Source of the DNA: Reclinomonas americana ATCC 50394
Taxonomy: Eukaryota
NCBI GenBank assembly: GCA_048213135.1
Contig: PS015049.1
Location: forward strand, 190,422 to 234,097
DNA length: 43,676 nucleotides
Reading direction: 5' to 3'
Both the position numbers and the translations under genes were made by a program. How positions within the stretch are numbered: position 1 is the first letter of the stretch; each line of letters begins with the position of its first letter. The notes beneath the pieces were generated by a model. The model was not told the origin of the DNA, made no database searches, and saw only the letters and a program-made list of their open reading frames with translations. This document shows, piece by piece, positions 1 through 12,800 of this stretch.

Positions 1-55
1 GAGAAGGAGGACGAGAAGGACGAGGAGGAGGAGAGAGAAACAGACACTCTTACTC

Positions 56-88
<33 letters not shown>

Positions 89-186
89 CACTGAGACTTC
101 AGTTTCTCTCTCATTTCCTCAGCAAGTCACACACACAGAGTTGTCGAGAGGATGTGTACTTGAGTGTGAAGGTGTGTTCTCCTCCA

Positions 187-217
<31 letters not shown>

Positions 218-1987
218 TCTCACTCACNNNNNNNNNNNNNNNNNNNNNNNNNNNNNNNNNNNNNNNNNNNNNNNNNNNNNNNNNNNNNNNNNNNNNNNNN
301 NNNNNNNNNNNNNNNNNNNNNNNNNNNNNNNNNNNNNNNNNNNNNNNNNNNNNNNNNNNNNNNNNNNNNNNNNNNNNNNNNNNNNNNNNNNNNNNNNNNN
401 NNNNNNNNNNNNNNNNNNNNNNNNNNNNNNNNNNNNNNNNNNNNNNNNNNNNNNNNNNNNNNNNNNNNNNNNNNNNNNNNNNNNNNNNNNNNNNNNNNNN
501 NNNNNNNNNNNNNNNNNNNNNNNNNNNNNNNNNNNNNNNNNNNNNNNNNNNNNNNNNNNNNNNNNNNNNNNNNNNNNNNNNNNNNNNNNNNNNNNNNNNN
601 NNNNNNNNNNNNNNNNNNNNNNNNNNNNNNNNNNNNNNNNNNNNNNNNNNNNNNNNNNNNNNNNNNNNNNNNNNNNNNNNNNNNNNNNNNNNNNNNNNNN
701 NNNNNNNNNNNNNNNNNNNNNNNNNNNNNNNNNNNNNNNNNNNNNNNNNNNNNNNNNNNNNNNNNNNNNNNNNNNNNNNNNNNNNNNNNNNNNNNNNNNN
801 NNNNNNNNNNNNNNNNNNNNNNNNNNNNNNNNNNNNNNNNNNNNNNNNNNNNNNNNNNNNNNNNNNNNNNNNNNNNNNNNNNNNNNNNNNNNNNNNNNNN
901 NNNNNNNNNNNNNNNNNNNNNNNNNNNNNNNNNNNNNACTCATTTCCTCAACAAATCACACACAACAATGAGAGTTGTCAAGAGGTTCCTCTGACAATTC
1001 ACAAGCATGCCTCTCTCTCTCTCTCACACACACACACACTCTCTCTCTTCCTGTCTCTCTCTCTCTCTCACACTCAACTTCTCAAATGTTTTGAGTCGCG
1101 CGGCCTCCGAATTCATTGCGCCTCCCGCAAAAGGCACTTCCGCAAACATGGTGGCACTCTCTCAAATAACAAACACACACTCTTACTCACAGTGTGTGCG
1201 CGCGCGTGTGAGTGTGTGTGAGAGAGAGAGTGCGTGTGTGTGTGATGTCCAGTTGTCCGTCTCTCAAAAAGCTTGTTTCTTCCTCTCACTCTCTCTTTGT
1301 GAGTAGAGACAGGCACCAGACAAGTGAACAATGTCGGCGTGTGTGTTGTGGTGTGCCAGAAACAGTGTGTCCTGTGTGTGCGCGACTTCGGAAGTTGTTC
1401 GTCAAGGAGCTCTTCCTTGCACTCAAGCCTTGCGGAACTGTGATTCTGCGCTTTTGCTTGCCCGGCTTCATGGTTGCAGGATTTAAGGGGGGTCCAGAGC
1501 TGCAGAGGAAATTCGACTTCGAGATCAAGTTTTCGTCCAAACAGCAACACAGCTGCATGGTGATCATCATCTTGAGTGAGCTCCAGGTACGGAGATATCT
1601 CAGAGCAGTACGAGGAAAGGCCGAAACTCGTACAACAAGGATACAGCTGTTGCTTGTTTGTTGGTGAATGAATTTGTTGTGTTGTTAAACATGCCATCGA
1701 CGGTTGATCTTATCGCCAAGTCACCACAGTCCTGACGGCAGTGGCAGGTTTGTGTGTGTGGGTTCGCTCTCACAAGCCGAGAACTGCAATCTTTACCGCA
1801 CAGTGGATCTGAACGCAATTACACAGACGCTCAGTACTGAGATGATCACCACGTCGAAATGCTGGTGGCTGATTGGACCTGAACACATCAACTACACATA
1901 CATTCGATTGGCACTGCGATGAGGAGCTGCGACGGGAGGGGGGATAAACAACAATGTCGCTGCTCTTCGCTCTCCTTCTCTGTCTCC

Positions 1988-3032
1988 TCACTCCACGAGG
2001 ATGCCGCCCCACTCCACCACCTGGAACGTGGTGCTGTTGCGCAGCGCACCCGTCGCCGCCAGCTCGTCCATCACCGACTCGGCAGTGGCCTCGACCGCCG
2101 CGCTCTGCAGCGCCGCCACCTGCTCACCAGCCGCCACCGCCTTCATCGCAAAGAACACACGATGCAGCAGCGCCGGTGCCGGTGACACCGACAGCGTCGA
2201 CACATTGGCGGCGACCTCCTTGGGCGACAAGAAGCGAATGGCCACGTGCTCGTGCGCCTCCAGCTTCGGCGACCAGTACGTAATGGCCTCGAAGCGCTCC
2301 GTGTCGCTCAACCCGACACGCGAGAGCGCCACCTCCAGCCACTCGCTCACGTGCGCGCCACGCACCACATGGCAGCCCGTGTCAGCAGTGACCGGGGGCT
2401 GGCGATCGGCCAGCGAGCACTCGTAAAAGAGTGCCGGAACGCGCTTGCCGCCATTGTGCAGGAACGATGCGTGGCCGTCGACGCTGGGCGACACAGTCGC
2501 AGCGTGCCACAGGAAGCCGGACTTGGTGGTGCAAGGCTGGGGAAGGAGGAGGAGGACGAGGAGGAAGGAAGTGAGAAAGAGGAACGGTTTGTCAGTGACC
2601 TGTGTGCGTGCGCGCGCAACTCTGGGCCACGGGGCGACCAGGCGATTGCCCTTGGTCAGCTGCACAGTGAACGACACGTCATGCAGCGGCACCGGTGTGT
2701 ACGCGTAAATGACCGGCTTGTCGCAGGTGCTGTAAGAGAGAGAGACAAGTGAGCGACAAGAGAAGGAGAGTGAGAGGCAACATGGGAAGGTGTGAGACAA
2801 GAGCAGGAGAGTGAGAGATAAGGAAAGGAGAGTGAGAGACACGGGATGGAGAGTAAGACAGTACGACTGTACGTCTCTCTCTCTCTCTCNNNNNNNNNNN
2901 NNNNNNNNNTTCGAAGACAAACAAGTGAGCGTGTTGCTCTTGTGTGCTCTCTCTCTCTTGTGTGTGTGTGCGTAACTTGCAGGTCACAACGCCGGCGGAG
3001 GCGTCGCTGCTGGGTGCGTCAAAGTCGGCCAT
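1988..3032 (-). CDS. Uncharacterised protein with KPVIY...LFYE...YWxP...RVF...VVEWGG domain (bacterial-like family), about 3 exons
   Basis: Motifs DKPVIYAY, PALFYE, GLSDTERFEAITYWSPKL, LSVSPAPALLHRVFF and FQVVEWGG occur in the family's order. Phase-0 intron at about 2620-2537 (PWPR|PCTTK). First exon MADFDAPSSDASAGVVT from ATG 3032 is tentative because a 20-nt gap lies in intron 1. Confidence 0.8.
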
Positions 3033-3833
3033 GGTGCGCGCTCACACAAAGAAGAAAAAAGTGATTGAGGAGTGCGAGAAGGTGTTCGAGAAGTTCGCGC
3101 ACTGTATACACATGTACAGCGGTTTTCATCTCGCGTGCACCCCTCGCGTTGATGTGTGAGGGACGTTGTGTGTTGGCACTGCTTACCACGTGCTTTGAAA
3201 GCAACAAAAACAAGTGCTTGCGACGTGAGATATCATGACATGTCCGGAAACTTACTGTACCATGACATGAACCAAACAGCAACGCAGCTGCATGAGGATC
3301 AGCATCTTGAGGGAGCACTAGACAACAACAACAACAACAACAACAACTTTACTAATACAAACTGCGACACAGCTGCATGATGATCACCATCTTGATTACT
3401 CAAACATCACGGAAACAGCATAATGCTGGCGTTTCTGCAAGAGAAACCACGAGCTCATTTGTCTGCTGTGTGCTGTGCAGCTACTTTNNNNNNNNNNNNN
3501 NNNNNNNNNNNNNNNNNNNNNNNNNNNNNNNNNNNNNNNNNNNNNNNNNNNNNNNNNNNNNNNNNNNNNNNNNNNNNNNNNNNNNNNNNNNNNNNNNNNN
3601 NNNNNNNNNNNNNNNNNNNNNNNNNNNNNNNNNNNNNNNNNNNNNNNNNNNNNNNNNNNNNNNNNNNNNNNNNNNNNNNNNNNNNNNNNNNNNNNNNNNN
3701 NNNNNNNNNNNNNNNNNNNNNNNNNNNNNNNNTCCCCCTTTCCCATCATACCATCGTCAACAATCAACACTGATTCATTCTTGTCATTCCACGAGCGTCA
3801 TTCTTGTCATTCCGTGAGGGTCATCATTTGCGC

Positions 3834-6800
3834 TCACTCAAACACCGTTACCGTCACCGGCAGCGTCACTGCATAATTCTCCGGTGCGTACATCTCCTCA
3901 ATCTTGGCGGCCGGCATCACAAAGTGGCCGCTGCTGGTCACGCGCACGAGGTAGCGTAGCGATGACTTGCCGGCAAACAGGCGCTGCCGTGCGTACACAA
4001 AGAAAGAGACGATGAGCAACACACATGATAGCAACAAGAAGCTATGCTTTTCCCCCCGCACCGCAGAATAGCAGAGCAAGCTCTCGTCACGCGGCATCAG
4101 CGAGCCCAGGGTGCAGAAGGGGCGGAACTCACGCTGGCGAACAACTTCGCCACCAGCCAGGTTGGGATCCACGTACTCGAAGCAAGCGGCGTAGCTTGTG
4201 AGAAAAAGAGTGGAGCGATGAGCACGTGCGCGACAAAACACTTGGATCACTGCATGGAGAGAACTCACCGATCCTGCAGACACGCGTGGTGCTTGGTGGT
4301 GCGTGTGCGCACGGTGGTCTTGATGCACACCAGCGCACCGAGTCGCACACGAATCTCACGATCGGAAACCACAATCACACTGCGCCGTTGCGTGTGTAAG
4401 TGCCAATTCCCCCGCGCCAATCACTTCCCCGCCTTCAGCAGAAACGCAACTCCTCCGCCGCGTTCACTCCCTTCACCGACCGCTCGATCACAAAGTTGCG
4501 AGACACGGCTTGCGCAGCCTCCAGCGTGCGAGCCGAGCGGAGGGAGATATCGTAGAAAACTGCGCACGCACCCCACGTGTCAGCAACACAAACACTCCCA
4601 GCGGCGGAAGCAGTAGTAGAAGCAGTCTGGCGTACCTGGCGGTCCACTGCTCTTGTGCAGCGTCAGTCGCTGACGCTCCTCGTCGAGGTCACGCGTGCGG
4701 ACCACCGCCGTCGACACGTCGCCGCCGGCCATGTCGCTCGCGACAAGCTGGCGCTGGCGGTAGTACACGGCCACAGGCGAGACACCTTCGGCGGAGACCA
4801 CCTGCGAATAGTACAGTTGCATGGCTGCGACCACGGCAGCGTTGGCCTGCGTCGTAGAAGCATGAGCATTGATATCTCCATACTTCTCTCCCTCCCCCTT
4901 CCACCTCCCTCACCTGGGTCGTGCCAAAGTGCGCGCGGGTGCTTCCCTTCAGCACGTGCTGCAGGCCCTCAGCAAGGCGGTGCTTGAGGCCCATGAGCGG
5001 CGCCAACACAGCCTGCATTCATTCATTCACGCGTTGTGTGTGTGAGACACACACTGATACCCTCCCATCATATAGATATACACACTCGTCGGTACCTTGT
5101 GCGCCCAGTCCGTGCCAGCCAGCAACTCCTCCAGCTGCACAATTGTGCGGATCATATAGGCCGACGAACGCGCGCTGTCACTGTACCACCAACAAACGCG
5201 CTTGCGTCAGCACACTCCTTGTTCGACATCGTCACCTAACAACCCGTACTCACCACAGGCACAACAACTCGGCCGCGAAGAAATTGAACTGGAGGCCAGA
5301 GCGCATCTTTGCCATGCGTCCATCGTCTTCGACACTGCACGCCGCACATTGTGAGCAACACACAAAAAGACTCGACAATTGCGACGAAAGAAAAACAAAC
5401 ATGTGCACGCACCTTTGCAGCACCAAATCCACCATGCGCCGCACCTGCTCCAGACACTTGTCGGCCGCTTCGTTGTTGCCGGCATCGCGCAGCTCAACCT
5501 CGTACTTGATGGCGGCCGGCAGCAGCAGAATCGACGAATCAATGTCCAACGTGGTGATGTCCTGCACCGGCGACGTGTGAGATGCACAGACTGTCGGAGC
5601 GAGAGAGAATACAGCGACTGACCTCCACGTCATAAAGCTCGTTCAGAAGCGGGAAAGCGGCATCGCACACTCTCCGTGCCTCCGACAACTCGGCTGCATT
5701 CTCACGCGTGTGAGCAACATACTTCATATTTAAAAAAGCATAGGGGAGCACATGGGAACATACCCGTGAGAGCAATGTGATAGAGAACGGCATGGGGCGC
5801 AGGGTGATTGATCCGACCTTCCCGGTGCACACGATGCGGGCACGCGGCCAGCACGAACTCGAGCAGCGACAGCACCTTTTGCTGCAGAGCCGGTGGCAGG
5901 TGTGCGAGCGCCACCTCCTTGACCTGCAGCAGCGCACGCGCGGCCAGCAGTGTCGGCCACGCCTGTGGCTCAGCGTCGTTGGCTTCATTCCAGAACGTCA
6001 GGCCGTTGAATGGCACACTCTGTGGGGCATCACAGGTTCATAAGTTCGCTGCAATCCTAATCGGCCCCCTTCCCCCTTCAACACTCACCCTCTTGCGAGA
6101 CTCGANNNNNNNNNNNNNNNNNNNNNNNNNNNNNNNNNNNNNNNNNNNNNNNNNNNNNNNNNNNNNNNNNNNNNNNNNNNNNNNNNNNNNNNNNNNNNNN
6201 NNNNNNNNNNNNNNNNNNNNNNNNNNNNNNNNNNNNNNNNNNNNNNNNNNNNNNNNNNNNNNNNNAAGAATGCGGGGAGAAAGCGACGAACCATCTGAAT
6301 GCGGTAGTCTGCAAGTGTGCGACCATCCTGCAACAACAAACGACGCACAGTGAATACAGCACATCAGACTTCATCAAAGGGGGGAGATTGAGACAGAAAA
6401 CACGCACCTCCAGCTGCTTGCCTGCGAAAATGAGGCGCTATGCGGAAAGACAAGAAACCAAAGAAGAGTCAGCACGCAGGCCGACTCGGGGACAACGCAC
6501 AATGCACCACACCTGCTGATCTGGCGGAATACCTTCCTTGTCTTGGATAAGGTACTTGATATCCATAATTGTGCTGACGGCGTCCACAATAATCGTGATT
6601 GTCTTGCCGGTCTGCGAGAATTTGATCAGCCTCCAGGCACTTGCGCGATCGTCGCAAAAATAATGTCGACACACTCTCTCTCTTCCCCCACCACACCCGC
6701 AACGCACCAGAGTCTTCACAAAGATTTCGAAGGACGAGCCAAACACGTACACGCGATCCACAGGTGACGGATAGAAGGCCGACAGGTAATGCTTGACTGA

Positions 6801-9800
6801 CTGCGGTGCGTCGTTGGAGATCAATCGCAACACCGCTGTCGTCAACACCAATGAGATTGAGCACCACGACTGCGATTCTTTGGAGCGCACAAATGCACAC
6901 GCACCCAGATCCACGGCCACCAGTGTCACAGAGGCGCCGGCCACCGGACGGTTGTTGGCATCCACCACACGAACCAGCGCCGACGATGCGCGTCCAGGGA
7001 CAGCAGCCTCCACAGGGAACTCAACGGTGGCCTCCAGTGTGCGCGACGCAGTGGACACCCAACGCGAGTGCGTGCTCGGACGGTTCGGCACGTCGGAGCG
7101 GACGTACACAATGTGTACCATCACGCAAGGTACCATCTGCGGCCACGATGAGTGTGAATCTCTCACGCAGTGGGTGCAGAAGCATCAATCCCTCTCTCCC
7201 CCTCTTACCTGCTCTGTCACCACAAATGGCACCTCGGTGAACTCATTTTCCAGCACCACCTGAAACGTGCACACACACACACGTGTGAGCACTCAGAAAA
7301 GCGCACGGATGGACGGGTATACACGAACCACACGCGCGTCCTCAATCATGGCGGAGCCAATCGTCACAAGCGCGACAAGTCGGCCGTCTGCGTGACGCGG
7401 AATGCGCACGGCAGCCGTGCTGCCGACGCGAAGCTGCGTGCACCAACGTTGGTGAGAGGGGTGTAATCGCACACAAAAACAGACTATCCGGCGCCACTCA
7501 CCGGCTCCTTGCCATCGTCCTCCACACCACGCTCGTCGACAATGGTCACCTTGTGCTGCGGCTGCCGAACCGGCGCGGCAACCGGCCGAGCCACATCCTC
7601 TTCCGGCCTCCGTGCCACGTAGTACGAGACGTCGGCACCGTTCCAACGGCCTGCGGCATCGCGAATGTACGCCGTGACAGTGACAGTTCCCGTTTTCTGC
7701 ATGGTGACATGCAGAGGATCTCCCTGAGAAGGAGTGGCGAGGCTCGTGAGAAACTCTCCATAGTCACAACATCTTCGGCGCGCACGGACGATACCTTGAT
7801 TGTGCCCTGCGTGTAGTAGCTGGCCACCGTGTACTGTACGAACTCGCGAGTCTGCGTCTGCTCGACGTGGTACAGCACGACAAGGTCCTCGTCGTCCACT
7901 CGCTCGCCAAGCTCGTTGACCAACACATGCGACACCGCAACTTCGTCGCCAACGTAGACGGCGTTCTTCGGCACACCCAGACCCACATAGCGAGTGGAGG
8001 GGTGAATGATGTAACTCGTCTCTGACCCCCACGTCTGCATGCTGCTGTCGGTGGCCAGCACTTGCACCTGCGCCGTGACCGGGTGCGCTGAGGTGGTCGA
8101 CCGGGCCGCCAGATCGGCACGCAGCTCTCCCTTGTCGCTGAACCTCGCGACGAACTGATCCACGTCCTCACGGAGCTCGGACAGGTCCTGCACTCCGCTC
8201 AGCGTGAAGTGGTAGTCGGCGAGCTCTGCACACACACACGCACATTCGGTCAGAAACAAGCTAACACAGAGGGACACGAGTGAAATCAGTACCCTTGTCT
8301 TTGGCGGAGAAACGGTATCGCTCGTAGGAGACAACAGTGCGCCCGAACGCATGTGCCAGCGGATCGCCCGTTTGCAACTTGGCCGTTCCGCGGAGCTTGA
8401 CTACGTCACCCACCACGCACTGGCCGGGCTCAACGGTGGCCGCAACCACGAATTCAGGCTGCACAGCAACAACAACAACAACAGCAGCAGCAAGTGAGTT
8501 GCGGAGCTATACACCTGCATGGGTTGAGCACACAATTTCCCACCTTGCGATATTGCTGTTCAGGAAAAGTGAGGAATCGAGTGAGCGGCGAATGGAGGAG
8601 CCGAGAAACAAGCAACTATAGTCAACACACACAGACCTTGACAGTAATGGTCTTATCGATTGAGTCGCCAAACGTGTCAGATCGCACCGTGATCTTGAAA
8701 TTGGGCACCATTTGACCGTCGGGCATCTGCACAGCGTCCGGCAGCACGAAACGAGACCAGAAGACACCGGTGGTCGCGTCGTACGTGACCGTGGTGTTGG
8801 TGACTCCTGCATGATTCACGGTGAGCTGCGGGCCTCGTCCTTTCCTCCTCTTCCTCTTATCGCCACTCACCGGCAATGTCCACGTGGAGAGTCAGCTTCG
8901 GATCGCAGTCGGGGATCACCAGCTGACCGTCGTGCAGATTGAGGCGCATGTCGCCGCGAACACAGACTTCCTCGCCCGAGCTGTACAGCCGGCTGTGGAT
9001 TCACAGAGCAAGAGAGAGAAGCGAGCAATGAATGTGAGTAGGCGCGCACGAGGAGGCACTGCTTGCTGTTGCACGTACCGGTCCGTCGACATGTGGAAGA
9101 GTGCGCGGCCGCCTGCCACCGGTCGCACGCCCGCCATGATAGGAACAACACCCCATCCAGTCGCGTGCCGAACGTGCACACTGTTACACGCGAACTCGTT
9201 GGCCGGAATGGTGAGCAGTCCAGCGGCGTCCGAGTGGAAAACCTACGAGCGCACAGTATGAGTACGCACGCACACGGCTCCTAAAAACAGATGCAAAAAA
9301 CAACTGCACCCTTTCTGCTGGCCTTGTGGGATCCGAGCTGTTGAGCAGCCGGAAAGTGGCGTTGACAAGCGGCTGGTTGTCACCAGTGCTGGCCGCCAGC
9401 ACAACCGTGCGGCTGTCGCACAAGAACCCGCTGCACCACACAGAAGAAATGGTCACCAGTGAGCGACGTGCTGCTGCTGAACTGCACCCACTCTCTGACG
9501 TGCGCACCAGCGGAATGATTGCACCCACACCAGTGACGTGTGGATACTCTCCACCAGAGTCAAGGAGAATTGACGGGGGTGACCAGGAGTGGGCACAAAG
9601 TGGCCCATGCGAGCGTAGTGCGGCAGGACGTTGTGGCCCATCACCGGCGCGTGCTTGAGACTGTAATGGTAGTTGGTGGAGAGGTCCCACAACGCGGGCG
9701 GCAGAGGGCGACCGATTTTGGCAGAGAGTGCCGCCAGCACATCGGGCACCGTCGTCGACTTGAGCACCGACAGCTTGACACCATCCGCCGCCGCCGCCGC

Positions 9801-12800
9801 CGCTGCCTCGTCCGCAGCATCGCCAAACACGCGCTGAGGCACACGAATGATGACAGTCATCTCCTCGTGCGCCATGCCCAGCTCCTCCACGCCGAGATTC
9901 GCTGAGAATCCCGCCGGCACCTGTGTCGACACGAGGATGAGCGCCATTGCACCGATAAAGCAACACATGCAAATGTGACAAGCGTACATTGTCACCACCG
10001 ACTGCCTCGATCAGCAGCGCCAGTGGCTGATTGCGTCCCTCGTGAGTGAACACCGAGCCGATCTTGTAGACGAAGTACTCTCCCTCTTGTTCAATCTGTC
10101 GAAATGACGAGTGAATAACACACACTGTGCGGACAGAGTGCAAGAGAGGTAGAACGCACCGCGAGCGCGGAGCGTCGGTTGGCGGCGCGCACTTTGTTTT
10201 CGTAATCGACTCGAGCCGAACTGCCACACGGCGCAAAGTGCGCGCCCACATCGTCTTCGCTCGGCTGGTACTTGAAGCAGTTGACGGCGACGATGCCTTC
10301 CACACGAATCGAGGCTTCCTCCTCTGGCGTCAGGCTCTACAAACATGCCCAGAAAAACATCGCACGTAAGCACACACACACACATACGCACACAAGGCCC
10401 ACAGGGAAGGTATGCAGACCGCAATGGATTTGCCGATCTTGCGCGGCACCGGAGCCAGCGGACACATGCCGTACCGCGAGGCAAGTCGCAGTTGCTGACC
10501 GTAGTCATCTGTGGCCGAGGCGACGGTAACCTTGTGTGCAGGCACATGCTGGTCAGTACAACGGGGAGAGCCACCGCCACGCAGACAAAGAATGTAGAGA
10601 CCAACCTTGTAGACGTCAAACGGCATGAACAAGTCTCCGAGGCGGACGGTCACATTGGAGCCCCACAACGTGAACGGACTGTCATTTTGCTGGCGGCCTC
10701 CAAAGTTGAAGCGGTCTCCCGGTTTCTCGAGTTGATCGGCCGACAGGAGTTCACCTGCAATAGGAATGAATTGCGTTGGTGGCGGTGGAAGTGACAATAC
10801 GTCAGCACCGACCGCACGTACCGCGAGTGACCGAAATGATCTTGATGTTGCGAATTTCCGCAGTGGGGTTCTGTGGTCACATGAGGGAATGGGATGAGAA
10901 GGGAGAGGAGATGAGGGAAGGCGGATATAGGACAAAGAGTGGAGAAAGAGAGCACACACAACATGCAGCAGGACTCAGAACTACGCAGAGTGAAAGTAAA
11001 CGAAGGGGAGACACCCGATCGAAAACAAGCATGATACAATGCCGACCGGCATGATCTCATTGTTACGCACCGAGAAGTTCACTTGCAAATGCGTCTGGTT
11101 CACGAACGAGACGGAGCTGAGTTCGAATGTTGGCAGAACCTGTCCGACAAACACACAGATTAGTAAGCAGCCACGAGCACACAAAAATGTGCTCGTCGTC
11201 GTACCTGGAAGTTGAAAGTGTGTTCCTGCAGCGACGGCAGTGGGCCTTCGGCCGACGGCAGTCCAGCGGCCAGCTTCACCATGACTTGGCTACCGATCGG
11301 GAGAGGCCGCGCCGGTTCAAAGTAGACGCGCTGATCGCTGTAGTCGCCACCTCCGTCGGCTGGCTCCGGCGCCGCGACTGCATCACACAACTGCATAGCG
11401 CGCATTTTTGCTAGTCAGCGGCACTCACCACAGCACCCCCTGTTCCACGAAGCACTTACATGTGTTGCGGCCTCGGCTCCATTCAGCTGCCAGAACGAGA
11501 TGCCAGGGATAATGAGCTCTCGCACAATCTGCGACGACAGTGATTTGAGTGGACGGTGGCACAATGCACGCGAATGAACGAAAGGGACAACTTGCCTGCT
11601 GATCGAACAGCAGCTCGCACCGTGGTGTCTGCGTGCGAACCACTCCCTGCGGAGCCCACGTCTGCACCTTCATGCGCGGCGTGGTGAAGCGGATGCGACG
11701 CGGGCGCCCAAGAGTCTTGCCGGTGATGGAGCGAGCATCTGCGAAGAATGGAATAGTTGGGTTGGAAAAGAGGACAGCGAACAATGGCAAGAAGCACATT
11801 GCAACTCACCCTCTGTCACCGTCACCGTCTGCAATGTACACGAAGGGATGAGTGAGTGCACAGTCTGAACGGGAGCAGGGCGACACGAGACGCAACAAAT
11901 GTCGTGGAGCCATTCAACCGCGCCGGTTTGTAGGTCACAATCTGCGGATTCTGCCACACGGTGACACCGCCAAAAAAGAACTCGGGGTTCTCGCACATGA
12001 GGAAGGCCGGCGGCTCCTCGCTCATGTCCTCCGGCGACAACTCGGTCATGGGTTGCGAGAACTCGACCACAATCTACGCAACACCACGAGTCACGACAAC
12101 AACAACAACAACGACAAAGCCGAGTCGGAGAGCACAAACCTGCGGGTCGTAGCCATTCACCACACCATTCGGTGCCACACGGGCCACCACCAGCGGCTTG
12201 TCGGCATCGTCGTCGACCGGCACCTCGTCCACAATGCCCACTGTGAATGAATGAGAAACACAGTACTCGTCTCCCTCTCTCCCACTCTGTTGACAATACA
12301 CGCAACGCTGAGTGATCTCCACGGCATCGCCGAGATCGACCGCCTCCGCCGACACCATTCCCTCTGCCACGGCTGCCGGATCAAAGTTCGCGTCCTCGCC
12401 ACTGCCGTCCTCCAGATCCATGCTCTCGCAGACTCGAGCCGCAAACGACTCGCCAGCAGCACCGTGCAGCGGAGTCGCATGATCTGCAGACGAGGAGGTC
12501 TTGAGACAAGAGAGAGAGAGACAAGAGACAGAGTGCATCCTCTTTGCGAAACTGACAGGCGCGGCCTGTGCAGCCGCATCCACTGCCTCGCCGGCCTCTC
12601 CCCTCGGCTTGAATCCAATGGACGCCGACACCAGTGCAGTGCCGCCGGGGAACGCCCACAAAGTCAGCTGCGGCGACTACATAGTAAGCACTATAAATAG
12701 ATTCGGATGATTATCATCAATGCACACACACCGTCGGCATCTCGTCGCCCTCTGTTGGGATTCCGGCCAACTGACAGATCTCTGCCAGCGACTTGCTGGT

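Noticed and set aside
82-1221. Long ORFs spanning N runs (also around 3377-3876, 35793-38364 and 39531-40812)
   Set aside because: They are artefacts of gaps lacking stop codons and are flanked by microsatellite translations.
1113-1922. Overlapping ORFs of 150-190 aa on both strands
   Set aside because: No recognisable motif or consistent exon structure. It may be coding, but I cannot support a call, and it does not resemble the missing A2M segment.
6292-6731. Stand-alone ubiquitin or polyubiquitin gene nested in the A2M locus
   Set aside because: There is no start Met, the first strand shares an exon and frame with A2M sequence, and ~25% divergence is too high for a canonical ubiquitin gene.
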